Positions 37,707-50,705 of a stretch of 64,000 nt of DNA are shown here, in pieces. Under the pieces are notes generated by a model. That model did no database searches, was not told where the DNA came from, and was given only the letters and a program-made list of their open reading frames with translations. Position 1 is the first letter of the stretch. The number at the start of each line of letters is the position of its first letter. This DNA comes from Octopus sinensis. Lineage: Eukaryota. The stretch covers positions 168,330,001 through 168,394,000 of the forward strand of contig NC_042997.1 in assembly GCF_006345805.1 (NCBI RefSeq), read 5' to 3'. A program made the translations under genes and the position numbers.

Positions 37707-40585
37707 TAAGGCTATACCAGATGTTTGTCAAATGGTTTTACAAATAGTTTCATTTTTCAGTAGGGCTTATACAATAATACTCTCATTGGTGTTGTGTGGT
37801 GCATAATTAGATATGATATTAATTATTTACTATAATTTCATGTAGTTTGGCTATATCATTAGAACAGCTTTAAATTACATTCTCACAAATTGCTATTTAT
37901 AATAGCTGTATTGCAACAGTAATAGTCTTTCACGTTAGAAAAATAGAGGTGTCTGTTTTATAACTCAGATGTGTAGCTATCTAGCTAGCTAGCTGTTTAG
38001 TTATAAATTGAATACAGTTGGTTTATTTTTCTTTAATTCTAATTTCACTGAGCAATCTTAAATTGTAATTTCTAAGAATGTTTCAAATTAACTACATTTT
38101 GTGTGAATGGATGAGTGACATATTGCAAATAGGATACTGTTTACATTTTGATTATCTTTTTTTTTTTAATTTTTGAAACTAGCTGAAATCGTTTTGCTCT
38201 TGGTGTTCATTGTTTTGGTTTTTAATTTCATGTTGCTGTATCTCTTCAAAATGCTCTGTTGACATTCTGCACAATTTTCATACATGAGCTGAAAATTACA
38301 ACTTAATTCAATATTACATGTTATCACCAAAACCACCGTGACTGCCTGCTGTTATTGCTTTATTATATGCTGTTTGTTTTATTTTTCATGACATGGGTGA
38401 AATAGGTCTGAAATATAATATATCTCAATTTTCCTTCTCATCCATTAGATCCAAATTTCTCAAGTGTTGTGACTTTAAGTTCGAAATCCTGTAAAACAGT
38501 GGACATAATTATTGATTGAACCCTAGTATACCATAAATACTATAGCCTAATTTTAGTATAAGTTTTAATCTCTAATTATGAAATGCTAAGTGAATTGGTA
38601 GGATCTGACTTCAGAATATAAAGTGACAAAATTTTACACTGTAAGGAATTTGGTTTGACAGTATCAACTTTATTAATTGTAAATGCTATTAAATAATCTG
38701 GAGTTAGGGTACATTTATCTTATAAATGTGGTTTCTTATACTGTGCTTCATGCTTATCAGTGTATAATGTATTTCTTGGTGAAAGATAATATTTAAGAGA
38801 AATTACAAACACATGCATAGTTAGGTGGTTGAGAAATCTACTTAACAACAATGGTTTCAATTTCAACACTTCTGCATGGCACCTTGAGCAACTGTCTTCT
38901 ATACTATAGTCTTAAGTTGGCCAATGTTATATGAGTGGAATGCGAAGGAATATAACTAAATGCAGTTCAACTGATTCTGCTGACTCAACTCTAATGATAT
39001 TAATAATTTAATGCTGACAAGTAAAAGCATTATATAGGTATGGTTGTATGGTCAGATGCAGGTATAGCTGTGTGGGTAAGGAGCTTGCTTTCCAACCATG
39101 TGGTCTTGGGTTTAGTCCTACTTTGTGGCACCTTGGATAAATGTCCTTTTCTACAGTACTAACTCATCAAGGCCTTATGAGTCAATTTAGTTGATAGAAA
39201 CTGAAAGAAATTCACTATGTATATATGTGTGTGTGTCTTAGTGTATGTGTATCTTTGTGTTTATGTTCCCAATGACACTGATAGAATAAGTGCCAGACTT
39301 ATATAATTCCTAGGGTTCATAGAATTGACAAGAGTCTTTGAAAGTAGTGCTACATTGCTGCAGTCCATTGACTATAACGAGTAAAAGAACACTCATTTTT
39401 TTCATGATGTTATGTGGAACACCAACAATTTATGAATTGGTGTTCCACAAAGGATCTATACTAGTTTTGTCTCTGCTAGCCACACATGCGAGCACAATAT
39501 CAGAAGCTTTTGTTTCTTTCCCTGGCTGGCTGTTGAATCCAGTGATGGATTTTGCTTCTGCTGACCATTGGGGATTCTGTTAGGGCAGCTGGTCTAAAAT
39601 ATATAGTTTGATAAGCATAGGGTTTGTGTTTGATTTGGCTAAATAAAGAAAATAGCATTGGAATAGTTGTTTCAGATATTTAGTGGCTTCAGAATACATC
39701 TAAATTATGCTTTAGATAAAACATATTGTACATAGTAGGAGATGAATACAATGCATTAATTTCACTCTCCATCAATTGCTCAAACTAACCAATGTTTTGT
39801 GAGTAGAATTTGGTAAGTGGACACTGTATGTATACCTGTCATGTATCACTGTGTGCACACGTGTGTGAGAATGCAAATGTTTACATTTATTGTATGAATC
39901 TGCTTGAGCAAAATAGGTGACATTGTGTTCATAAATCACTCCATACTGCTGTACTTTAGAAAACAGAGTACATAAAAAAGCCCATAAGCAACAGGGAGGG
40001 TATCCAAGCTGTAAAATAATGCCTCAATAATTAATCATGGAAAAATGAACCTTGAATGATCGAAAGGACTTGGACACTTTTTTAATTATGTTACTTAATT
40101 TTAAAATCTCGCAATACTCTAAGGTAGGGTTTCATAATTTTTTTTATTTTTGTAGGGCCCCTTTTCAAGTAGTTATGCCTAGCACCCTCTTAAGTGGTAA
40201 GTTAGGTATCACTAACTTTACATAGATGAAAATTTGTAAATTTTACTCTAGAAATGGATTGTATAAGCTTTTAACAGTGAAATGAAAAAAAAAGTAATGA
40301 AGACCAAGTTGTAAATTTGTTTTATACATTGCAGATTAATGATTTCCCTATGCCTGCTGTGATGTAGTTAAATTTTCTATATCGGGTCCAATGTTAGTCA
40401 AAAGAAATTATAAGTTTCCTTTTTGACTTATTTACTTTGTTTCTTGGTCAGAAATTGTGACACTGCACTGAATCCTTTGTATAATATAATTGATACTATA
40501 GGCAAAATTTAGCTTGTTAATTATATTACCTTACTACCCTCTCCCATATTCCCTAAAGCCTAGCATCTCCTATGACATGTCTACC

Positions 40586-40815
40586 TATTTCTTTACTACC
40601 TGCAAGGGCTAAACATAGAGAGGACAAACAAGGACAAACAAACAGATTAAGTCGATTATATCAATCCCAGTGCATAACTGGTACTTATTTAATCGACTCC
40701 GAAAGGATGAAAGGCAAAGTCGACCTCGGCGGAATTTGAACTCAGAATGTAGCGGCAGGCGAAATACTGCTAAGCATTTCACCCGGCGTGCTAATGTTTC
40801 TGCCAGCTTGCTGTC
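40586..40815 (-). mobile_element. Full-length family-A SINE
   Basis: Reverse complement of the 1066-1292 type, B box GAGTTCAAATTCC. Confidence 0.85.
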
Positions 40816-41516
40816 CCGTTGGGGCCAGAACCACCCATGTTGAGAACCCCTACTGTTGGGCACTGTGATACCTTGGTTGGAAATCACTGCTGTACAATGC
40901 ATCCTCTTTGTTTTGTGTTATATTATTGGGTGGCAAAAAATTACTTAGAATACGACTCCCTTTAAGATTTTGTTGGTGTGTATTGTGGTGTGTTAATTGA
41001 AGTTTGTGTTGTATTAAGCTCATTGGATGATGACTGTAAAGTACTTAGTGTGAATTATTTTTATTTTACAACACTCATCTCCCAAGCATGTATTAATGTG
41101 AAGTTGATCAGCTGTCAACATAAATATTCATAATCATATGCTAAAGGATAAAAAAGAAGCAAAATAAAAGAATAATGTATTTTTAATGAAAAATGACCAA
41201 ATGTGATTTAGCCCATAAATAACTAATAGAAATTCATGGAATTACTATTTTCTCCCCACTATCTGTGTAACTCAGCTTCTTTTGCCTTTATTATTATCAT
41301 CATTAATATTATGAAACTGTTGAGCATTGAATTACTTAACAGCTTTAACTTTCTCTTTTCTATATTCTCAGTTTACTGTTGCTGAGGTCACGTTTACTTT
41401 TAAAAGACAATAAAATAAGTACATGTACCAGTAATATACTGTGGTTGATTCAGTCAGCTGCGTTCCACTTCAATAAAAGTTAGCTTTGTGTCTAACAAAG
41501 AAATTATCATTATTAA

Positions 41517-42480
41517 GACTGTGAGCTGGCAGAATCATTAGCAAATCAAACAACATACTTGGCATTTCCTCTGTCTATATGTTCTGAGTTCTAATTCTGC
41601 CAAGGTTCACTTTGCCTTTCATCTTTATTGGGTTGCTAGAAAAAGTACCAGTCAAGCACTGGGATTGATGTAATCGACAAACCCCGCCAAAAGTAGAAAG
41701 GATTATTATTATCATTATTAATAAGGTGGTGAGCTGGCAGAATTGTTATTACATTGGACATAGGACAAAGTGTTTAGCAGCATTTTGTCTGTCTTGATGT
41801 TTTAAGTTCAAATTCCACTGAAGCTGTCTTCGCCTTTCATTCTCTTGGGATTGATAAAATAAGTACCTGTTGAACATTGGGATTGATAAAATTGATTTTT
41901 ACCCTCTCCCAAAACTGCCGGCCTTGTGCCAAAATTTGAAACCATTATTATCTGGAACAATTGTTATAGTGTCAGTATTACTTCTGGGCCTTTACATTCT
42001 AAAATCAAATCTTACTAAGGTCAACTTTGCTTTTTATCCTCTGATCAAATAAAATACCAGTCAAGTACTGGGGTTAGTTTAATCAAGTAATCTCCTCCTT
42101 CAAAATTGCTGGCCTTGTGCCTAAATTTGAAATTGGCAAGTTGGCAGAATTGTTAGCATGAAGGACAAAATATTAACTGGTATTTCATCTGGTTTTATGT
42201 TCTGAGTTCAAATTCCACTAAAGTTGACTTTTCTTTCCATTCTTTCAGGGTCAGTAAAATAAGTATCAGTTTAACACAGGGGTTGAAGTAATTGACTAGC
42301 CCCCTCCCCTAAAATTTCAGGCTTTGTGCCTATAGTAGAAAGGATTATTATTAAGTAAAGCAGTGAGCTGGTAGAATTATTAGCAGACCGGGTAAAATGC
42401 TTACTGGAATTTTGTCTGTTTTTTACGTTCTGAGTTCAAATACCACCAGAGTCAACTTTGCCTTTTCATCCTTTCAACTG
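41517..42480 (+). mobile_element. Head-to-tail array of about five diverged family-A-related SINEs
   Basis: Heads at about 41517, 41725, 42135 and 42355, a headless unit at about 41985; (ATT)n spacers. Confidence 0.75.
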
Positions 42481-42844
42481 ATACTTATTTTATTATTAGT
42501 GATGATGTCATGTAAGAAACATCCAATACACTCTGTGAAGTTGTTGGTGTTTGGAAGGGTATCCAGCCATAGACACCAAGCCAAAACAGACTATGGAACT
42601 TGGTGTGGCCCTTAGTCTTGCTAATTCCTGGCAAATTGTCCAACCCATACCAGCATGGAAAATGGACATTAAATGTTGATGATGATGGTGATGATTATTA
42701 TGGGTGATGGATTGACAGTCATTAAAGTTTCAGACAAAATGTCTTGTTATGTTTGTTTTATTTTTGCTCAAATCATAGCAAGGTCAATGTAATTAAGTAA
42801 ACTCTCCTCACTGGGTGACAAACTGGCAGAACCATTAGAGCACT

Positions 42845-43377
42845 CTCTCTTTTACTCTTTTACTTGTTTCAGTCATTTGACTATGGTCATGCTGGAGTAC
42901 CGCCTTTAGTCAAGCAAATCGACTCCAGGACTTATTCTTTGTAAGCCTTAATCTATCGGTCTCTTTTGCCGAACCGTTAAGTTTATGGGGACATAAACAC
43001 ACCAGCATCGGTTGTCAAGTGATGTTAAGGGGACAAACACAGACACACACACACATACACGGAGTGGTTGGCGTTAGGAAGGGCATCCAGCTGTAGAAAC
43101 ACTGCCAGATCTGACTGGCCTGATGCAGCCTTCGGGCTCCCCAGACCCCAGTTGAACCGTCCAACCCATGCTAGCATGGAAAGCGGACGTTAAACGATGA
43201 TGATGATGATATATGACGGGCTTCTTTCAGTTTCCATCTACCAAATCTACTCACAAGGCTTTGGTCAACCCGAGGCTATAGTAGAAGACACTTGCCCAAG
43301 GTGCCACGCAGTCAGACTGAACCCAGAACCATGTGGTTGGTAAACAAGCTACTTATCACACAGCCACTTCTGCACCT
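42845..43377 (-). mobile_element. Family-C SINE with an RTE 3' tail (43061-43210, +) nested in its CA/TA microsatellite
   Basis: Both halves of family C are collinear around the insert. Confidence 0.8.
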
Positions 43378-43848
43378 GGAAAGAATGTTTGTGGTGTTTT
43401 TTCTGGCTTTTTACATTCTGAGTTCAAATCCTGTTACAACCAACTTTGCTTGGCATCCTCTTTGCTTGTCATCCTTTCAAGGTCAATACGATAAAAAGAA
43501 ATCAAGTACTATGATTGATGGTATCAACTTACTCTTTTCCTCAAAATTGTTGGTCTTGTACTTAAATCAGAAAACCATATTATTTGTAATTCAGTGACAG
43601 CATTATTTTTCATACTGGTATTGTTTAGGTGGGTTTACAAAGATGCCTTCAATATGTTCTCATACATGTGCAGAAGTGGGTACAGATGCACAGGTTAATT
43701 GTCACTTTTCTGCAAAAGATCAGACTCCTTCTCCACTGCATTCCATTTTAAATAAAATTTTAATTTACATTTTTGGGTTGCTTCCCTTGTCATTTTGCAC
43801 CAATGTTTTTAATCATTTTATCCTCTTTAGGTGTAATTTTATTTACTG

Positions 43849-44169
43849 GCACTTGTCAGTTATGATGATGAGGGTTCCAGTTGATCCAGTCGACGGAACA
43901 GCCTGCTCATGAAATTAATGTGCAAATAGCTGAGCACTCCACAGACACGCTTACCTTTAACGTAATTCTCAGGCAGATTCAGTGTGACACATACTGTTAC
44001 AAGGCTGACCCTTTGAAATACAGGCACTACTCATTTTTACCAGCTGAATGGGCTGAAACAACATGAAATAAAGTGTCTTACTCAAGGACACAACACACTG
44101 CCGAGGATCGATCTCATGACCTTACAATCATGAGCCAGATACCCTAACCACTAAGCCACATGCCTTCAC
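43849..44169 (-). mobile_element. tRNA-derived SINE family D
   Basis: Minus head GTGAAGGCATGTGGCTTAGTGGTTAGGG..GAGATCGATCCT; matches 56797-57270 in opposite orientation. Confidence 0.75.
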
Positions 44170-44194
44170 CAATTTTATTTAAAATTGGCTTAAA

Positions 44195-44570
44195 AAGTGC
44201 AGATGTGACTGTGCAATAAGAAGGCTTCATGGTTTCAGGTTCAGTCCCATTGCTAGGCACCTTAGGCAAGTGTTTTCTATGATACTATAGCTTCAGGCTG
44301 ACCAAAGCCTTGTGAGTAGATTTGGTAGATGGAGACTGAAAGAAGCTTGTCATGTATGTGTGTGTGTTTTGTCCCAACCCCACCATATTTTGACAACCAG
44401 TATTTATTTGTTTATATCCCTGTAACTTAGCAGTTCAGCAAAAGAAAATGCTAAAATAAGTATCAGACTTGAAAATAAGTACCGGCTCAATTTGGTTGAT
44501 AAAACCCTTAAAAGTGACACCTTGGCATGGCTGTAGTCCAATGACTGAATCAAGCAAAAGATAAAAGATA
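44195..44570 (+). mobile_element. Family-C SINE
   Basis: GGTTCAGTCCC B box, CCTTAGGCAAGTG motif, AAAGATAAAAGATA tail. Confidence 0.7.
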
Positions 44571-45168
44571 CTATATCAAGTTTGCTAGTGCCCACTTTCC
44601 TATTAAGTTTTCATGTGACAGATATTATTGGGCATCTTTTAAAGCTATTTTCTTAACTTTATGTATGTTATTTTTGTGCACAATTATTTATAGAATCATA
44701 GTTAGAATAATAAAAAGAAGAGTATATACAAACAGATATTTCTATAGCTTATTTTATTAATAGTTATCATAGTTAAGGCTAAACTGGAGCATTGCCTTCA
44801 GTTTTTGAAATAATTTGGGTGGTTCTAAAATTGTCATCTTTTTTGAATGTTGGTTTCATCCTCAAAAGAACTGTTTGTAATGTTTTTGTCTCCACATTGA
44901 CTGTGAGTAATTATTCATAAGTGATGAAGTCATCCATCTGGTACTACTTCATAGAGGGAAAAAAAAATATTGCTAGATTGTTGTTTAACCTTAGGTCAGT
45001 CCTGACTGAGCAAACCTTTGATCTAAGATATTCTAGCCTTCACTATCTTGCCTTTTTTGTATGCCAGGGACTATACTGTTCGTTGTGTCCTTTGTATTTT
45101 GAAACAGAGTAGTGTGATTTGAGGGAGATTTAGCTACTATTTCTAATATGTAAAGCCATCATTTAGAG

Positions 45169-45687
45169 CTGTGGTTCTCAGCCAGGGTCCATACAAGATT
45201 TTTAGGGTCCATGCAAGAAAATAGTAAATTGGGGATCAACAATAGTATGTTAAGGACCCCTGAAAAATTTCTGCTTTAGATGTATGTATTGGTATGTATT
45301 GCAAGAAACAGCTAGGTTTATTTCTCTTATATTTTACATAGTTCAGTCCATACAGGGCAATGTGTGAAAAGCAAAATAAGAATTTTGAAAGAAATTTCTA
45401 TAAAACTAGTTTTTAACCCTTCAGCATTCAGATTACTCAGTCAAATATAATGCTTGTTAATTCATTTTGTTTTGAATTATCACACATTATCTCATAGCTT
45501 TGATATTCTGATGATGTGATTGATTATTTTTAGAATGACATCATAGGTGTGAGAGGTCAGATCTTGCTGGTATGAACATAAAACAGGTAGAATATTTTGG
45601 TCAGATATGGGCAGCTTAAATGCTAAAAGATTAAACATCAAGTGGTGATTGGGGGTTCATAGATAAAATATGGTTGAGAACCCCCTG
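45169..45687. mobile_element. hAT (Charlie-like) MITE with 8-bp TSD, containing a nested TTAA-type MITE at 45417-45630
   Basis: TSD ATTTAGAG at 45161-45168 and 45688-45695. TIRs CTGTGGTTCTCAGCC / GGTTGAGAACCCCCTG. The nested element is flanked by TTAA. Confidence 0.75.
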
Positions 45688-47479
45688 ATTTAGAGGATCT
45701 CTCATAGGCTCAACTTGGTTGTGAGTGTAGTTTGTTTATAAAAGACATCCTATAGTTTGGCTGTTAGTAGATGAGATGAATAATTCTGGAGATCAGCTGA
45801 TATATAAATAGTTTGATTGAGGGAGTGAATTCACAATTCTAAGCACATCAGAGTGGATAAAACCCAATTAAGCTGAAACAATGACTCTTTGTTAGACCTA
45901 TATGCTTTCTGTATGGGATTTATAAAAGCTAAATTGTTCTAGAGCATGGCTCACATGACATGATCAGTCACTTAGTTTTCTATCCCCATTTGTGCTTTAT
46001 ATTCATTGAGAATTATCAGTAGCAACTCTGGTTCCTGCATTAAACTATAGAATGGATTTTATCATACAGTTACTAACACAAATATTCTTTCATGAGAAAC
46101 AAAAGTATTTTCTGTGCATGTAAAAAGCAGTCTATATGAATTATATCTTAGAATATCTATAATTGTCTCTGTAGTTCTCAACCTTTTTAACTCCACTCTG
46201 TACTGCAGATCCAACAAAAATTACTGGTATGCCTTGCATGGAAAGCTGGGGTGAGTGAGTGTGTATGGAGTAAGGGGGGGGGGCTAACAAAGCAAAACAA
46301 AATACAAACAGTGGTATAGCTAATAAGGGAGCAAGAGGAGTGACCCCTCCCTGAAAACGTATTTTTCTAAATTGGCACTTTTTATAAAATGTATAATTAA
46401 TGAGTTAAAAATTACTTGGTATGTGTCATGGTGCCTTTTTTTATGTGCTCACTCCCACTAACTTTAGAACCTGGCTACAAACCCTGTTTTAAAGTTAAAA
46501 ATTCAGAAAAATGTTTTAGAAAACTATTGTTTACCTTGTTTTGATAATTATACTTATATTTAACAAAATTAAGAATAACCTGTTGTACAAGCTACTCAAA
46601 CATTAATTGTAGTTCGTAAAGTCTTGCATTACCATCAACATCATTTTGACATTCATTTTTGCATGCGAACATGGAAAAGTGATGACGTTTTACTGAGGCA
46701 GATTTTCTACAGGTAAATGCTCTTCCTGTCACCAACCTTCACCTGTTTTCAAAGAAGGTAATATTTCCCCATGGCCAGATGTGTTCTTGCAGAATATTGG
46801 AAATGAATGACACTGCTTGCATGACAGTGACAACCATTTTCACAAATATCATGTCACATCAAGACAAGGAGACACAAACACACACACACATTCACTCAAT
46901 GCACACACACTCATTCACTCTGTCACACACATATTTACAGTCATTCACTCACACATACATACATACATACACCTACATTTACTCACACACATACACACAC
47001 ACAAGCACACATGTGCACTCACACACACACATACACACATCTACGTGGGGCTTCTTTCAGTTTTCATTACTCAATTTCACTCACAAGGCTTGGGTTGGTC
47101 CAGAGATATAATAGAAAAACCTTTGCTCAAGGTACCACACAGTGGGTCTAAATCTGGAACAATGTAGTTGGGAAGCAAACCTGTTACCACACAACTACAT
47201 CTGGGGTCATAAAAATTCATGGCACGCTTTGAGATCCTTTGCAACATGTTGTTTGAGAGCTACCGCATGCTATATAAGAGGAAAAGCAAGAGTATCAACA
47301 GTATTGTTTCTATTTTTTTAAATATATTTAGTGCATAGTTAAAGTAGGCAGGAGTGGTGCTTTGGACCATTGCAGGCTTTCAGAACCACATAAACAATAA
47401 AACTGCATACAAAACTTGTGAGGTCAGTCATAATAATGGTGGTGGTGATAGCATATATGAAGGGAAGTAAAAAATTATC

Positions 47480-48157
47480 TACACTTTCACTATAATATAT
47501 CTTTATTATTGCCACACTGCTTTCTGCACATGTGTGTTTATAGTTGATACTATTGTGGTCACGTGATCAAAGTTTGAGCCTGTTTGTGACATTTTTCTTT
47601 CTGGTTTTACAGTGTAAGCATGGTCACTCCACTAGCAATGTGCACCAAAGAAGAACAAAGAGCAGTGATCCAATTTCTCTGGAAAAGGGTGTACGATCAA
47701 CAGTGCTTTGCTGGCTAACAAATTGAAGGCAGGAATTTGCACCAAATGCTGAAGCCTATTGTCAAAGAAAGTTTGTTGCTGCATGACAATTCACACCTAC
47801 ACAACGCCACCCAGACCATTTAAACCATTATCCAATTGAGTTTTGGGGTGCTGGAACACACCCTGTCTACCGCCCAGATCTCACCCTTTCTGACTATCAT
47901 ATCTTTGGACCGCTCAAAGATGGCTTATGAGGTCATCAGTTTTTTATGAGTGAAGATATGAAGGAAGCAGTGTATAAATGGTTGCATGACTAATTGAAAA
48001 CCTTCTCCTTGGAAAGAATATGCAAGCTTGTGGACTGTTGGACCAAGTGCATCGCAAAGGAAGGAGACTATATAGAAAAATGACATACTTGTTTATCATC
48101 TGTTTTTTATCATCAGCATTGAAAAAACAAGAGTGTATAATTCTTGACCTTCCCTCA
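47480..48157 (+). mobile_element. Mariner relic, 3' half
   Basis: Degenerate LEHP.Y.PDL.PSDYHIFGPLK segment and terminal TTCTTGACCTTCCCTCA|TA. Confidence 0.65.
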
Positions 48158-48222
48158 TAAATATCCAAACTTTTGCAATAGTCAAAAAAAAAAAAAAAAG
48201 AAAAAGAAAATCCTGTTTTTAA

Positions 48223-48441
48223 CCCTTTTGTTATTGTATTTATTTTGAGATGCTCTGTGTTTCTTTCACTTACTTTAAATATAACAAAGAATTTAGTAAA
48301 ATAACTTAGTTATCATTCAGCTAGTGTTAGGAACATAAATTGTAACTAAGGTTTGGTGGAAGATTTAATTCAAAACTTACGAAAACAAGACATTTGTACT
48401 CAGAGCCAGAGCCAGTTTCAGCCAGGTTGGTAATGAAAGGG
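48223..48441. mobile_element. piggyBac-type MITE (219 bp)
   Basis: TTAA|CCCTTT...AAAGGG|TTAA. Confidence 0.75.
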
Positions 48442-48859
48442 TTAAACAAACAATGAAATACTTATTGAGTTTATTGAAGTGTAGTACCATAGTCTTACAT
48501 TGGTTTTTTAATTGTTAACTTTAGTCATGTGTACCATTTAATACAACAGTGTAAGGGTGTTATAATTGATAATTGTTATTAACTGGTAATCTATTTACTA
48601 GTAAAATAGTGTTTGTTTGTGCATATATGTATATTATGTAACTCCTGTTCTTTTGTCATTCAATAATTTGTATATTTGTATCTCTCATGCGCGTGCATGT
48701 GTGTGTGTGTGTGTGCGCGCACACACCTACACACACACACACAGCGCTTAGGCTAAATTCGACAGTTTACATAAACAGAAAAGAAAACACAATAAGCACA
48801 ATATCTCTTCAAAAAATAAAAGTATTTAAAAAAATCACAAAATATCACCTAGATTATGG

Positions 48860-49330
48860 CTGGGAGATAGCAGCTTACTCAGAGTAGCTGCTCTTGGCTT
48901 TCACCACATCCTCAAGAAGGCTCTGAAAAGTGGCACATGTGTTCCTCACTGTGTCCTTCAGAAGATCTTTGAATGCCTCCTTGATCTTAGCCACCAGCTT
49001 GACCTTAATGTTGCAGGCATAGTGGTTGGTGTCTTTCTTAATTGCGTCCCACACATTGTAATCCATGGGGTTACAATCAGAGGAATTAAGAGGCCAGAAA
49101 TTAGGGCTGGTGAAGTCATAGACATTCTCCAATAACCACTTCTGACTCTTTCTGGGGGTATGATAAGGAGTCAAATCCTGTTGCCACACATATTGCCTTC
49201 CAGCCAGGTTTTGACCACAGTCTCCAGCAGTTTCACATAATCATCTGGATTGAGTGTAAGGCCCTGTCTAAAGATGTAGGGTAGCATGTCACCCTCACTG
49301 GTGTCATTGATGGAACTAAATTACTTGCAG
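48860..49330 (-). mobile_element. DD37D (maT-type) transposase fragment
   Basis: WQQD-x37-D in NPMDY, counted in ORF 48875..49189. Confidence 0.8.
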
Positions 49331-49359
49331 TCTGAGGTCTGACAAAGATGCCCTCCTTG

Positions 49360-49620
49360 AGCTTAGCAGAACTCAGAGGTTGTGAGTTCGATTCCCAGAC
49401 TGGCAGCTGTAGAAATGAGTTATGACATCACTGATACCAAGCTGTATTGGCCTTTGCCTTTCCCTTGGATAACACCGGTGGTGTGGAGACGAGAGGCTGG
49501 TATGCATGGGCTACTGCTGGTCATCCATAAAAACAACCCTAGGTTGTGCGTTTGCCGGTGAGGTGACTTTCCACCCAGACCTGTACCCCAGAGGGGAACC
49601 TCTTAGGTGCACCCAGAGTT
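49360..49620 (+). mobile_element. SINE family E
   Basis: B box GAGTTCGATTCC; body shared with 54965-55170. Confidence 0.65.
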
Positions 49621-49624
49621 GAGT

Positions 49625-50043
49625 CACAATACACACAAATTATAATACAATGTTGGGCCCAGGATTTGTCCTGATCTTCAGTTTTACAGTCAAAATAATG
49701 AAAGTAAGCAGTTGTTAGGAGGAAGTACTTGTTCAGCACTATGCGACTGTTGTGAAATCCCCACACACAGCAGAATGAATTTGCCTTGTTGATGCATCCT
49801 TGGTGTTTTGAATTGCCTGAAGCCATTGTAGAGATATATATTATATGTGTCACAAAAATCTGGAAAACAAAATATAAATTGTTCACATATATGGTTACAT
49901 GAATTGTCATAAAATCATAATTATGTATATCTCAAAAACTAGAGGTGATGAGTGAAAACTAGTTTTGTATATGAAATCAGCACCCCGTAATTAGGCTAGA
50001 ACAAGTATTTTTATGTTTGCCTTAATTTCTTTGTAAACCAGTG
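49625..50043 (-). mobile_element. 5' end of a Chapaev3-like (CMC) DNA transposon with N-terminal Cys-rich transposase relic
   Basis: Minus terminus CACTGG, subterminal GGGGTGCTGATTTC, peptide MASGNSK..CIN..NSFCCVWG..AYFHYF..DQDKSWAQH..C..C. Family name from recall of this motif. Confidence 0.55.
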
Positions 50044-50524
50044 TGATCATCACTGTTTCACTGTCAACTTTTCCATGCTTGCATGGCTCATATGTGAGTA
50101 TGTTGGGGAAGAATTTTCCAGCTGCCAACCCCTACTTGTTTTCATGTGTGGTAATAATCTCCCAATCTATTGAACGAAAAACAGTCTGGACTTGTTTGGA
50201 GAACTCGAGACAAAAGGCATTGTAACATGTCTTTTTGTTTGCAAAGATTATGGAACATGTCAAGACATGTCACGAAGTCTGGGCATTCTTTCATAGTAGA
50301 CTGCAAGCAAATGATTCTGTGAGCAAAGCTAATTTTACAACTAATGAGTGACAAGGGAAATACAAGATCACTCACACTGACACGTACACATAAACAAATG
50401 ACTTTTTTCAGTTGCCAACGACCAAGTCCACTCCCAGCCTTTGGTCAGTTCAGGGCTATAATAGAAGAAACTTGCCCAAGGTACCATGCAGTATGACTGA
50501 ACTCAAAACCACATGGTTGGGAAG

Positions 50525-50705
50525 CAAACTCCTTAACTTCATACAAACACACACACACATATGTATGTATATATGTGTATATATATATGTATATATGTGT
50601 ATATGTATATATATATGTGTGTATATATATATGTGTGTATATATGTGTATATGTGTGTATATAGATGTATATATGTGCATATATGTGTTTATATATGTAT
50701 ATATA
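50525..50705. repeat. Compound (CA)/(TA)/(TG) microsatellite
   Basis: Direct reading; similar tracts at 1627-1730, 50985-51112, 53573-53607 and 63568-63622. Confidence 0.95.

Noticed and set aside
49372-49400. tRNA gene (GAGTTCGATTCC), likewise at 56800-56865 and other SINE heads
   Set aside because: A/B boxes lead into multicopy SINE bodies and I could not fold a complete cloverleaf.
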